From Escherichia phage Rtp, in the sequence record NC_007603.1: a stretch of DNA of 46,219 nucleotides. The stretch is one strand, 5' to 3'. Within the stretch, counting starts at the first letter, position 1; every line of letters starts with the position of its first letter. The translations under genes were made by a program, and so were the position numbers. Positions 26,301 through 35,382 of the stretch are shown in pieces. Below the pieces are notes generated by a model. It had not been told where the DNA came from and made no database searches. It saw only the letters and a list, made by a program, of their open reading frames with translations.

Positions 26301-26723
26301 AATGGACAGACTTATTCATCCGGTATGAGCATGGAGCTTGTCGGCACTGGTGACAATGTTCGTAGTCAATTCATTTTTGACGCAAACAGATTCGCTATCA
26401 GCAACGGCATTGGTTCTGGTTCCGGTCAGTGGCAACTACCATTCGTTGTCGAGAATGGAAACGTAATCATCCAGAGCGCAGTAATTGGTGATGGCTCAAT
26501 CAGTAACGCGAAGATTGGTAACTTCATTCAGTCCAGCAACTACGTAGCAGGAAGCACAGGCTGGAGGATTGATAAGGATGGTAACGCCGAAATTCGCGGT
26601 AAGCTGTACGCTAACAGTGGGGAGTTCGCTTTTAATGGCACTAATAACACAGTGCAGATTAATGGCAATGGCATTACTGTTAACTTACCAAATGGAGGAA
26701 GAGTTGTTGTAGGTACATTCTAA
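23313..26723 (+). CDS. central tail fiber / host specificity protein (lambda J-like)
   Basis: 1136 aa after M-L-K-I; fibronectin-like central region and C-terminal fiber region; alternative start at ATG 23352. Confidence 0.9.
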   Translation: MAQMIKTNMRLCDMAEEIKIYGAKGGSQKQHQPVEQEDNLISLNKVKVLLAVADGEVDPNFSLKDLYLADVPVQNQDGSYNYEGVRAEFRAGTQYQDYIAGLDGANSEIQASREIKNDTPYIIAVNNTQLSAIRVKLFWPRLVKQESNGDLNGTTCEYAIDLSVNGGAYQEYTRGVANGKTTTGYDRSIRVNLPAEFDSALVRIRKITPDSTSSTLVNGMQITTYQEVIDAKFRYPLTALVYVEFGSDLFPNGIPTISIKKRWKLIQVPTNYNPETRTYSGTWNGLFKMAWSNNPAWVLYDLVTNRRYGLDQRELGVEIDKWGLYEAAQFCDQMVPDGKGGLEPRYLCDMVVQNKVEAYTLIRDICSIFRGLTFYDGEKIGIVVDKPRNPSYIFTNDNVVNGLFSRTFASDKSLYTTANVQFDDVENNYQQDVEPVFELEATRRFGFNPVDLTAIGCTRRSEANRRGRWLLKTNLRSETISFTTGLEGMIPMIGEVIAVNDAAWSSNYQLNLSGRIESVQGLQVFTPFKVDAAPGDRVLLNKPDGSPEARTIASVSEDGRTINLNTAFSFVAQPDTVFAIDKDNLALQQYVVTGIQKADSDSSDSFQYTITAVEYDPNKYDEIDYGVNIVDRPTSVVEPDRLSPPENLTVSSYSKVVQGLSVETMVIGWDKAPYAKTYNVQWRKENGNWINVPRTASTEVDIEGIYAGIYDVRVRSVSDTENVSAWSGIVTVSLTGKIGRPSAPTVITASTDEVFGIRVKWGFPEGSGDTAYTELQQVPDNGDGTYNPDNASLLTLLPYPAYEYWHTPIQPGKVIWYRARLIDRIGNTSDWSNFARGMSTDDANIINDFIKVDIEGSEGFKYLEQNAIQKNQDIQNQAEAIIENALANDGDVRRMTKENGKRKAEYVQAVNLIADETQARVEALTALKAQIDDEVVASITEVQTALATETEARTTADTTLSARLGENEAALNQKLDAFSNATSTGVQYGISLGLKYNGQTYSSGMSMELVGTGDNVRSQFIFDANRFAISNGIGSGSGQWQLPFVVENGNVIIQSAVIGDGSISNAKIGNFIQSSNYVAGSTGWRIDKDGNAEIRGKLYANSGEFAFNGTNNTVQINGNGITVNLPNGGRVVVGTF

Positions 26724-26726
26724 AAC

Positions 26727-26750
26727 AAAAGCCCCGAAAGGGGCTTTATC
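26727..26750. terminator. bidirectional rho-independent terminator
   Basis: AGCCCC-GAAA-GGGGCT hairpin with T-rich runs on both sides, between convergent genes. Confidence 0.6.
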
Positions 26751-26751
26751 T

Positions 26752-27686
26752 TTAATACATATCAGGTAGGTAAGGTAGAGGTATGCCAAGTGTAACGTCT
26801 GGTCTATTTCCAATTCCATATCTAACTATCCTTGTGCCCGTGCCGCTTCTTACGTTACCACCAGTCATTACCACGCCTTTGTTTCTCAACTCCTTGTATG
26901 CAGGTATTGCCCTTGTGTTAAACCCACACCTAAGTATTGGGAAGTATGAGTTTCCTATGCTCTGGTTTGAGCTTGTCAAAGTCACGAACCCAGAAACGAC
27001 AAGAGGCCTCGTTAATGTTGAAAAAGTGCACTGATTGTTCGAGTTGAATATGTTTATTCCAGGCCCTGGGGTTGGCGCAACTTGCTGGAATATTATTAGA
27101 TCAAGAGTTACGCTACCAGGGGTATTCCCAGTATCTTTTGTATTTATATTCGTGCAATATAGAGTTCTGTTACCATCAAACTCAACTGAGACACCTGAGT
27201 TATTCCACTTCCCAAAAGGTATTCCAGCTATTGGCATTGTGTAGCTGTTTGTGAATGATACGGTTCCTGAAAATTTGCAAGTAAGAAGCCTATCCCTTGT
27301 TGTTATAGAGGCAAAATCAGTACTGTCAGCAACGTATATACCTTGCCCAGTTGACGCTCTCAATACCTCTACTACAGTTCCCGAAAATTGCGTAATACGG
27401 TCATTATAAGCATTCTCTCCACCAATAGTTATCGTTCCCTGAGTATTGGTTGCTGAAAATCCATTTATATAATAAATCTCAACCCCCCTATCAAGTTCAA
27501 AACTGTAAGCGCCATTTCTTGGTAGTAAGAATTTTGATGAACCATTGCTACCACTTATTGGGAATGTCTTTGTAAATCCTCCGCTAGAAACGTTGAAGTT
27601 ACCAGCAAAAGACAACCCCCTCATCCCTGAGGTTATCGTCATTGGTTTTCGACCATCATTTAGATCAATGTAGATGCCTTGAGCCA

Positions 27687-27687
<1 letters not shown>
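26752..27687 (-). CDS. putative receptor-binding protein (tail tip), G/S/T/N-rich
   Basis: 311 aa; AAGGAG SD; TAATG overlap with the upstream lipoprotein gene; composition typical of fibre or RBP proteins; located after the J-like gene as expected for T1-like RBP loci (from memory). Confidence 0.45.
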
Positions 27688-28000
<313 letters not shown>

Positions 28001-28087
28001 TCGTATACACGTAACCGATGTAACTCGATGTATACAATCTCATCCGCGGAAAATGATATACGCGCTGTTACGCTAATTTACGCATTG

Positions 28088-28170
28088 GTTACATTAAAAT
28101 ATCTATATATATCAACCTTTTACTCTTATTATTATTATTATATATATTACTGTGTATATCATGTAACTAC
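28088..28170. repeat. about 80-bp AT-rich repeat, copy B
   Basis: TTACATTAAAATATCTATATATATCAACC...TTATTATTATTATATATATTACTGTGTATATCATGTA; pairs with 215-296. Confidence 0.7.
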
Positions 28171-28310
28171 TTCTATAGAGTGTTCCGCTTATAATTTTAA
28201 TGTCATGTTGATTTACACAGTATATAATAGCCAGCATAGCAATGCACCCTCCACTAGAAATGATATACACGATATACACGCTGGTTACATTGAGCTATAG
28301 CTTGGATGAG

Positions 28311-28658
28311 ATGCCAAAAAACGTAACAAGCGCCAATGCCTACACGAAATTACAAGTATTCACGCGTAAGTTTGAATCAACGATTGGCGAAACCAATTGG
28401 ACTGGATACGGTGCTGAATATATAGTTACCTCATCGAAAGCAAACAACCAGAGAGATACAGAAATGGCCTACTACATTATCAAAGAGAAAAACAATGCAC
28501 TGTTCGGCGACTGCTATTTCGGCGGCCCTGCTGGATACACCACAGATAAGAGTGAAGCCGACAGATTCGATACCAAAGAAGAAGCCCGGGATGTACTGAC
28601 TGGTTACTTCACTGAAGAAGATTTGAAGTCTGTTAAAGTAGTTAAGGTTAAGGAATAG
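28311..28658 (+). CDS. hypothetical protein (about 115 aa)
   Basis: ORF track 28242..28658 trimmed to ATG 28311 (the upstream part overlaps the repeat/promoter region). Confidence 0.45.
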   Translation: MPKNVTSANAYTKLQVFTRKFESTIGETNWTGYGAEYIVTSSKANNQRDTEMAYYIIKEKNNALFGDCYFGGPAGYTTDKSEADRFDTKEEARDVLTGYFTEEDLKSVKVVKVKE

Positions 28659-28661
28659 GAT

Positions 28662-29627
28662 ATGAGCTTTAAAGTTTTTACTCGAGAAGAGTTAAGCAAC
28701 GAGACTTACCACGATGAAACTGACCACATCTCCGGTAGCTCACTTGTCGAGATTATCCATGGATCACCAGCCAAGTGGAAATTCAAGCAGCGCGATAGCG
28801 ATAGCAAGGCCCTTAAGTTTGGAACGCTTAGCCACACTTACATCCTGGAAGATGACATGTTTGATAAAGAATACCTTCGAGCTACAGACCTTGACGCGAT
28901 TGAAGGCTTAATTACAAGTCAGACAGGTTTAGCTTCAGCACTTAAAAAAGTTGGTATAGCTGGCACGTCCGGGAAGGGGTATAGCGATCTCGTAGAGATG
29001 ATGTATCGCTCTGGTGAGGATTGGCCTGTTAAATGGCTAATTGAGCAGTATGAGAGCTCACAGGCTCTTGTAGAGGGTAAGGAGCTAGTTAGCGCAGTAG
29101 ACTATGACAAGGTTGTAGCGATGCGTGAGGTTCTCTGCAACATTCCGGCGTATAATGCGATCGTGAACAGTGAGACGGCGCAGAAAGAGTTATCGATCTT
29201 CGGTGAGATTCTAGGAGTCGGCGTTAAGATTCGAATTGACCACGTTGATGTTGTTGATGGAGTAGTTCGGATCACAGATTACAAAACGACAGCAGACGCA
29301 AGCCCGGAAGGATTCGGTAAGTCAGCATTCAACCACGGATACCTTGCAAAAATGGCACTTCAGCGTGATCTGTTTGTGAAAGCATTCAACGAGAAGCGCA
29401 AGGTTGTTGTGGGGTTGCTGGCACAGGAGAAGGTGGAGCCATACTTACCAATGCTGTACACCCTAACTGACGAACAGCTTCGCATTGGTCGTCTCCAGTA
29501 CCTTGAGGCGCTAGCCACTTACAAGAAGTGCAAGGAGCTAGATATCTGGCCTGGTTACTCGAATGGCATTACAGAGCAAGAGCTATTAGTTCCTGAGTGG
29601 GCAATTAAACAATATAGAGAGATATAA
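28662..29627 (+). CDS. PD-(D/E)XK family exonuclease (recombination exonuclease-like)
   Basis: RIDHVDVVDG...ITDYKT motif pattern; directly upstream of the Erf-like gene. Confidence 0.5.
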   Translation: MSFKVFTREELSNETYHDETDHISGSSLVEIIHGSPAKWKFKQRDSDSKALKFGTLSHTYILEDDMFDKEYLRATDLDAIEGLITSQTGLASALKKVGIAGTSGKGYSDLVEMMYRSGEDWPVKWLIEQYESSQALVEGKELVSAVDYDKVVAMREVLCNIPAYNAIVNSETAQKELSIFGEILGVGVKIRIDHVDVVDGVVRITDYKTTADASPEGFGKSAFNHGYLAKMALQRDLFVKAFNEKRKVVVGLLAQEKVEPYLPMLYTLTDEQLRIGRLQYLEALATYKKCKELDIWPGYSNGITEQELLVPEWAIKQYREI

Positions 29628-29628
29628 A

Positions 29629-29671
29629 TAGCACGAATCGCTAAAGACAAAATTAAAAGGCGGGGTATGAT
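29629..29671 (+). promoter_or_regulatory. palindrome-promoter cassette
   Basis: TAGCACGAATCGCTAAAG; 22-bp spacer; GGGGTATGATTACCCC containing TATGAT. Confidence 0.5.
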
Positions 29672-29700
29672 TACCCCATCAACAACGAACGAGGTTAAAG

Positions 29701-30351
29701 ATGCAAATTTCAGAATTATGCAAATCAATTTTAAAAGCGCTTCACACTGCTAAATCGTTATTTGCGAAGGCTGAAAAGTCTAAGCAGAACTCTCACTTAA
29801 AGAATAAATACGCTACCTTAGAAGACGTTTTGGCGGCTGTTGAGCCTGGTTTATATGAGTGTGGTTTGGTGATGTTCCAGAGTGTACTTGATGACGAACA
29901 AACAAATCGCATGAAGGTCGAGACAAAGCTGTTTCATGTTGAATCTGGAGAGTGGGTAAGCTTCTTAATGATAGTCCCAATCAGCAAGAATGATGCACAG
30001 GGTTACGGATCAGCTTTAACATACGCTCGTCGCTACGGTATCACAGCTGCCTTGGGTCTTAGCCAGGCTGATGATGATGGAAATCTTGCAGCTAAAGGCG
30101 TTAAGGATTTCAAGCGAGAGCTAGAGAAATGCAATACTCTTGATGAGCTTCGTAACGTCTGGAAAGAGGCTAAGCAGTCACTTGATGCGGCTGGATGGAA
30201 GGTTTTTGAACCTCACATTATCGAGCGCAAGGCAGAGATTGAGGCAAATGCGATGACTGGCTTCAACCCAGCAACACCAAAGAAAGTTGCAGAAAAAAGT
30301 AGTCCTGAAGAAAAGATTAAAGTAGAATCACAACAAATCGACACATTCTAA
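29701..30351 (+). CDS. Erf-like single-strand annealing protein
   Basis: 216 aa; N-terminal region resembles the ERF family; synteny exonuclease-Erf-SSB. Confidence 0.55.
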   Translation: MQISELCKSILKALHTAKSLFAKAEKSKQNSHLKNKYATLEDVLAAVEPGLYECGLVMFQSVLDDEQTNRMKVETKLFHVESGEWVSFLMIVPISKNDAQGYGSALTYARRYGITAALGLSQADDDGNLAAKGVKDFKRELEKCNTLDELRNVWKEAKQSLDAAGWKVFEPHIIERKAEIEANAMTGFNPATPKKVAEKSSPEEKIKVESQQIDTF

Positions 30352-30394
30352 ATTTAACGGGGCTGCGGCCCCAACAAACATAGAGAGATAAAAC

Positions 30395-30826
<432 letters not shown>

Positions 30827-30829
30827 AGA

Positions 30830-30855
30830 TAAGGCCCCTTTCGGGGCCTTTTTTA
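30830..30855 (+). terminator. rho-independent terminator
   Basis: AGGCCCC-TTTC-GGGGCCT plus T6. Confidence 0.65.
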
Positions 30856-33738
30856 TTAAATCAATTTAACAGATCTTAACTCATTACCAGAAGTTGTAGA
30901 TATTGTTGTTGAACTAACTAACGTCCCAGACAATGCAAACGAAATAGCTCCAGTCGATGAGGATCTAGTAGCAAACCTTTGAGGTGAATCGCTTATAACA
31001 CTTATCTTATTTGCTGTAAAAGTATTAGAGCCAGAAAAACCAGTAGTTACAACCAAATCCTGATTGAGTCTAAATCCAAATCCAACAGTAACAGAGGTTG
31101 ACTCGCTCACAGGAATGTTAAGCCCATTTAGCCGCACACCTGAGATATCAAAGAAATCACAAGAAGAAAGAAGCGCCCTTCTTGAAATGCCTGTTGTTAT
31201 TGGTAGCGTACTCTGAGACTGTCCATTGAAGTTACATACAAATCTTGTGTTAATGAAACTAATATCATGATTAACAGAGCCATCAACCGGAGAGGCCGTA
31301 TCAGATGTTGACTTAACAATACCGCCAACAAATTTTATTGCCACAGGTCCATTTGGGTCTGAACCATAGTAAGCTCTAAGCCTTTCAACATTACAATTAA
31401 CCATGTAATAGCTCCCCCTCTGGTTTGTCTCAAATATAGGGTATCTCGAGCTTCCGACAGGTGAAGAGAGATCATATATAGAAACGTTAGGGTTATGAAG
31501 ACTGTTAGCACCCATGAAAACGATATTATTTGATAAAATCCCCTTTATACTTATGTTGGTAGTAAACCTTCCAGTCAATGAGCTTTCAGAATTTGTCATG
31601 TCCGAGAATGGCCCCTTAAACCTTGAAAAATCAATAGTAAGCCCCAAGCTAGCAGATGATGGGAAAGCCGACATGTTAACATCTGATATTGAAACGTCAG
31701 AAGGGAAAAGCAGCGCACCATCTCTACTTGAGTAGAATAAATTACCAGGATGAGAACTGTAGCTTCCTGACTTGAAGTTAAGGCCCTTAATCCTAACTGA
31801 GTTAAACAGAGTGCTCTTTATTGGTGAGCCAGCTACAGGTCCATTTCCTTCATAAGAAATTCCATTTATCAAACCCGTCCCGGTCAGGCCAGTACTTCTT
31901 GTGCCTGTAAAAGTAATGTTATCCATGTAAAGGTTTCCGTCAAAGAAACCTCCAGCGTCTGCCCTTGTTGTTATGATATTCCCATTCGTATATCTAGACG
32001 CATTAAATGCACTATCCCTTATATGCAAATCGCCAAGACCAGTAACAACAACACCACGGGCACCGATATTGCAGTTTTCAATCTTAAGGTAGTTATGGAA
32101 AGGCATGTGAAAGTCAATTCTACTTAGATCACAATTTTCAAAAGTTACGTTTGCGCAGTTGTTACTACCATTTGCGCCCCATCCTTTACCGTTAACCCTT
32201 GCGTTCATAATCCTTACGTTCATTGATTCACCTATTGATAAGGCGTATGAGTAAAGCTCACCAGAAGAATCTCTTGCGTCTGCAACAGACTCGGCAAAAA
32301 GACCATCAACTGTGATATCATATGAGTTAGCTATTGCCAACCTTGTATCGCTAAACCCTTGTGTTATCGGCTTGTTAATAAAAGAAATATCTTTTATTGA
32401 CAACCTTGTAGAATTATTAACATAAACTATCTGATACCGTGTCGAAAGACTTTCATCTATAGTTAAACCCTTGATTTCCTGAGTTGTCTTGTTTATCTTC
32501 AAGGCTCTAACTGATGTAACATTATTTCCAAGATCATACTTCAGTGAGTTCTCCAGATAACCCCTATTGTAAACCCTATTGAGTTCAATTCTTTTCTGAA
32601 CAGAATCCCTATATGTGTACATGTCCTGATTTGTATAAAAAACAATAAAACAACCATCAAGGTCACGATTTTCAGATATAGAGTCGAACAAATTACTTCC
32701 AGCAGTTCTTGATTCATTAGACATGGAGTTAAAAGATGAAACAACAGATGACGAAGCGTCATAAGTTGTAGGTTCCCCGTTGGTTATAGTTATCTGCCCG
32801 GTCCATGAGGATGATGGTTTTATAACAGAGCCTGTAAAATCAGCACTCAATGAACCAATATCAATATAATCGGAACCAGAAACAAGAAAAACACCATCAT
32901 TCTGCTTTATCTTTAGATTTTTGGATTTTGCGTAGTTTATCGCTCGATTTATACCTGAAATATCATTAGTAATACCATCTCCAACACACCCAAAATCATA
33001 GAAACTAACATAACCTTTAGATCCTAGCTCAGACCACGAAGAATCACCAATCCCACCAGAAGAATATGGTGTCGAGTTTTCCGGGACTGTCTTAGGTAGA
33101 TCTCCCATCCATACGTATGACTTTGGCTTACCGGAGTCAAGCCATATCATTTGTTGATTTCTTGACTCTATTACACCTCCGGACTCAAATGATGAAATTA
33201 AGGCACCAGATAATGATTCCGCATAACCCCGTGCAGCTTGTTCTGATGACATTGCTAATCCAGCACTCGCTGCAGCAGAAGCCATATCACCTGCTACCTG
33301 GGCAGCATTCTGCGCAACCTGTGATGACATGTTTACAACATCGCCATACTGATTGTTAACCTGTGTTACTTTAGATTCAAAATCATTAAAGTCAAAGTTG
33401 TTAAATACATCAACTGCATCAGCAACCTCAGTTTCACGTGACTGATAGTAACGAAGAGTCTCAGCAACATCTTGAGCTAATCCCTGAACGGTAATCCCAT
33501 CATGAGCAAGAATAGCGTAACCAGTTCCAGCAGGAACAGTTTCAGAATTAGGGTTATAAACATTAATCTGCGTATCGCTGATGATCTCAGAGATGGTGTA
33601 AATTTTTACTGGCTCAGTTTTAAATACAATGGTGGCACCTACGCGAATCAGTGTAAGCGGTGCTTTCCATGTTGTCCCGACACCAGTCACCTCGCCGTTT
33701 GCAGCTAATGATGCGGATCCCAAGTCATAAATTGCCAT
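30856..33738 (-). CDS. lateral tail fiber / tailspike with right-handed beta-helix (pectate-lyase-like) domain
   Basis: About 960 aa; FYDFGCVGDGITNDISGINRAINYA resembles the pectate-lyase/tailspike N-cap motif; ORF track GTG 33768 trimmed to ATG 33738. Confidence 0.7.
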   Translation of the reverse strand: MAIYDLGSASLAANGEVTGVGTTWKAPLTLIRVGATIVFKTEPVKIYTISEIISDTQINVYNPNSETVPAGTGYAILAHDGITVQGLAQDVAETLRYYQSRETEVADAVDVFNNFDFNDFESKVTQVNNQYGDVVNMSSQVAQNAAQVAGDMASAAASAGLAMSSEQAARGYAESLSGALISSFESGGVIESRNQQMIWLDSGKPKSYVWMGDLPKTVPENSTPYSSGGIGDSSWSELGSKGYVSFYDFGCVGDGITNDISGINRAINYAKSKNLKIKQNDGVFLVSGSDYIDIGSLSADFTGSVIKPSSSWTGQITITNGEPTTYDASSSVVSSFNSMSNESRTAGSNLFDSISENRDLDGCFIVFYTNQDMYTYRDSVQKRIELNRVYNRGYLENSLKYDLGNNVTSVRALKINKTTQEIKGLTIDESLSTRYQIVYVNNSTRLSIKDISFINKPITQGFSDTRLAIANSYDITVDGLFAESVADARDSSGELYSYALSIGESMNVRIMNARVNGKGWGANGSNNCANVTFENCDLSRIDFHMPFHNYLKIENCNIGARGVVVTGLGDLHIRDSAFNASRYTNGNIITTRADAGGFFDGNLYMDNITFTGTRSTGLTGTGLINGISYEGNGPVAGSPIKSTLFNSVRIKGLNFKSGSYSSHPGNLFYSSRDGALLFPSDVSISDVNMSAFPSSASLGLTIDFSRFKGPFSDMTNSESSLTGRFTTNISIKGILSNNIVFMGANSLHNPNVSIYDLSSPVGSSRYPIFETNQRGSYYMVNCNVERLRAYYGSDPNGPVAIKFVGGIVKSTSDTASPVDGSVNHDISFINTRFVCNFNGQSQSTLPITTGISRRALLSSCDFFDISGVRLNGLNIPVSESTSVTVGFGFRLNQDLVVTTGFSGSNTFTANKISVISDSPQRFATRSSSTGAISFALSGTLVSSTTISTTSGNELRSVKLI

Positions 33739-33803
33739 TGTGTAAAGTCTCCATTTGTAAAATAGCACGAATTGCTAAGTTGGATTGTAGCATCTTTCAG
33801 GCA

Positions 33804-33828
33804 TAAAAAAACCTCCCGAGGGAGGTTA
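33804..33828 (-). terminator. rho-independent terminator (minus strand)
   Basis: Minus-strand CCTCCC-TCG-GGGAGG plus T7, overlapping the primase stop. Confidence 0.6.
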
Positions 33829-34749
33829 GTTTAGCAAGTCTTTGGCTTTGTACACTTTCTTGCGTATTCCTGTTTTGAATGACTTCCCGTCATTAGGTAT
33901 CACCACATCAACATTGCGATCATCAGCGGCAATAAGTATATCAGTATCACAATCGCGGCAAGCAACCCTAAACTTCCTTGACCTGTCGCGGTGGATGACC
34001 ATTTCCACGTTGTAAGAGGAGAAAGCAACAAACACTTCGCGACCACCTGTAGCCAAGTGAACACGTACACCATCAATAAAATTATCGACAATATAAGTAT
34101 AGCTACCATCCTGCTTAGAACCAATAACGGAAACAGAATCACGTGTGTAATCACCAGCAAGGAATTTAACATTTGAATCTCCATCAATAAACATTAAGTT
34201 GCAGAACTCATCACCAAGACCATCCTCGTAAACCATTGAGCAGGGTACGGCATGAATCATTGAGCCATCCTTAGCTATGCCAACATCGAATCCATCATCA
34301 AGATAAATACCTTCATATGTTGTGAGTGGGCTTGATTCAACTCTTACAGTCCGATCCATGACTTCAAGAACTTTTTCATGATCTACCTGTGCGCCCATTT
34401 TGTAACGCTGAGTCCTTGATGCTTGCTTATTTGCCTTATTAACCACCTCTACAGGGATAAGGTTTAACCACTCACCGAGAACATCTATACATTCACTGAA
34501 TGACTCCCCCCTCATCTTTTGTAACCACAGAATTCCATCGCCTGAGCCACACTGGTTGCAGATAATGCCACCATCACCTTCTTTGCTAACCTTGTTAGTC
34601 CATCGTGCTCGGTCGTTTCCTCCACAATAAATACATGGCTGATGCTTTTTGGTCTGGAAGAATTTTGGGTCTGCGCCGCAGATATTGATAAGTGCCTTAT
34701 CCCACAGGCCGCGCATTCTTGGTAAAACCTCTTTCTTATCGTAGTGCAT
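33826..34749 (-). CDS. putative DNA primase (zinc-ribbon type)
   Basis: N-terminal CIYCGG-x-DR...C-x-QCG-x-GDG zinc-binding motif resembling P4-type primase zinc ribbons. Confidence 0.5.
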   Translation of the reverse strand: MHYDKKEVLPRMRGLWDKALINICGADPKFFQTKKHQPCIYCGGNDRARWTNKVSKEGDGGIICNQCGSGDGILWLQKMRGESFSECIDVLGEWLNLIPVEVVNKANKQASRTQRYKMGAQVDHEKVLEVMDRTVRVESSPLTTYEGIYLDDGFDVGIAKDGSMIHAVPCSMVYEDGLGDEFCNLMFIDGDSNVKFLAGDYTRDSVSVIGSKQDGSYTYIVDNFIDGVRVHLATGGREVFVAFSSYNVEMVIHRDRSRKFRVACRDCDTDILIAADDRNVDVVIPNDGKSFKTGIRKKVYKAKDLLN

Positions 34750-34807
34750 ATCAATCTATCTCTGAACAAATAAAAAAGGATGCACCGATTATGGCACATC
34801 CAATTCC

Positions 34808-35281
34808 TTACTCTTTAGCTTTTCGTGCTGCCTCATTAGCGGCCTTGATCTTTCTCCATGAACGACACTCTGGTTTGGTTGCTAACTCGGACTCAGTAAC
34901 CACACGCAGCATGTGACGCTTCTTGCACCGTAATGTCAGCGGCTTTCCGTTGCCGTCGAATTGCAGGTCTGGTCGGCAGAATGTAGCGCGAAAACCTTCT
35001 CCATTTCGCTTGTAGTAGTTGTGAGAAAGCTGAGCGCCGCGAGCAGATATCATTCCACGCTTAAACCATTCCTCTACAGCCTGTGGTGTTACCTTTAACT
35101 GCTTTGCGATATTCGCCTTTGTGCCGAAGAAATCAAGAACAATCTCCAGTCGCGCGCGCAACCCTGCCCTTACTTCATCTTTCAAAACGTAGTAACCTGA
35201 AGGTCGTTTTCGTTGTTTTTTGTCTTCAGTGCGGACAGTTCCGTTATTACCGTTGATTGTTCTCTTGTCGACTGTATTCAT
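34808..35281 (-). CDS. putative HTH DNA-binding protein
   Basis: IAKQLKVTPQAVEEWFKRG resembles a Cro/C1-type helix-turn-helix; basic N-terminus. Confidence 0.5.
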   Translation of the reverse strand: MNTVDKRTINGNNGTVRTEDKKQRKRPSGYYVLKDEVRAGLRARLEIVLDFFGTKANIAKQLKVTPQAVEEWFKRGMISARGAQLSHNYYKRNGEGFRATFCRPDLQFDGNGKPLTLRCKKRHMLRVVTESELATKPECRSWRKIKAANEAARKAKE

Positions 35282-35294
35282 TTCATTACCTCAA

Positions 35295-35336
35295 TAGCAT
35301 TTTTTGTTAAAAGTCATTCTGATTTGATGGTAGTAT
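35295..35336 (+). promoter_or_regulatory. palindrome-promoter cassette (variant TAGCATTTTTTGTTAAAAG)
   Basis: Motif plus TAGTAT at 35331-35336 upstream of the helicase gene. Confidence 0.4.
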
Positions 35337-35382
35337 TGTACTCAATTAAACGCTACAAGACAATTTTTATAGGAATTTAGAT

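Noticed and set aside
33763-33779. Palindrome copy TAGCACGAATTGCTAAG counted as a standard rightward promoter
   Set aside because: No rightward gene follows; it abuts the start of the leftward tailspike gene with a TACAAT on the minus strand upstream, so its orientation and role differ from the standard cassette and are left unassigned.
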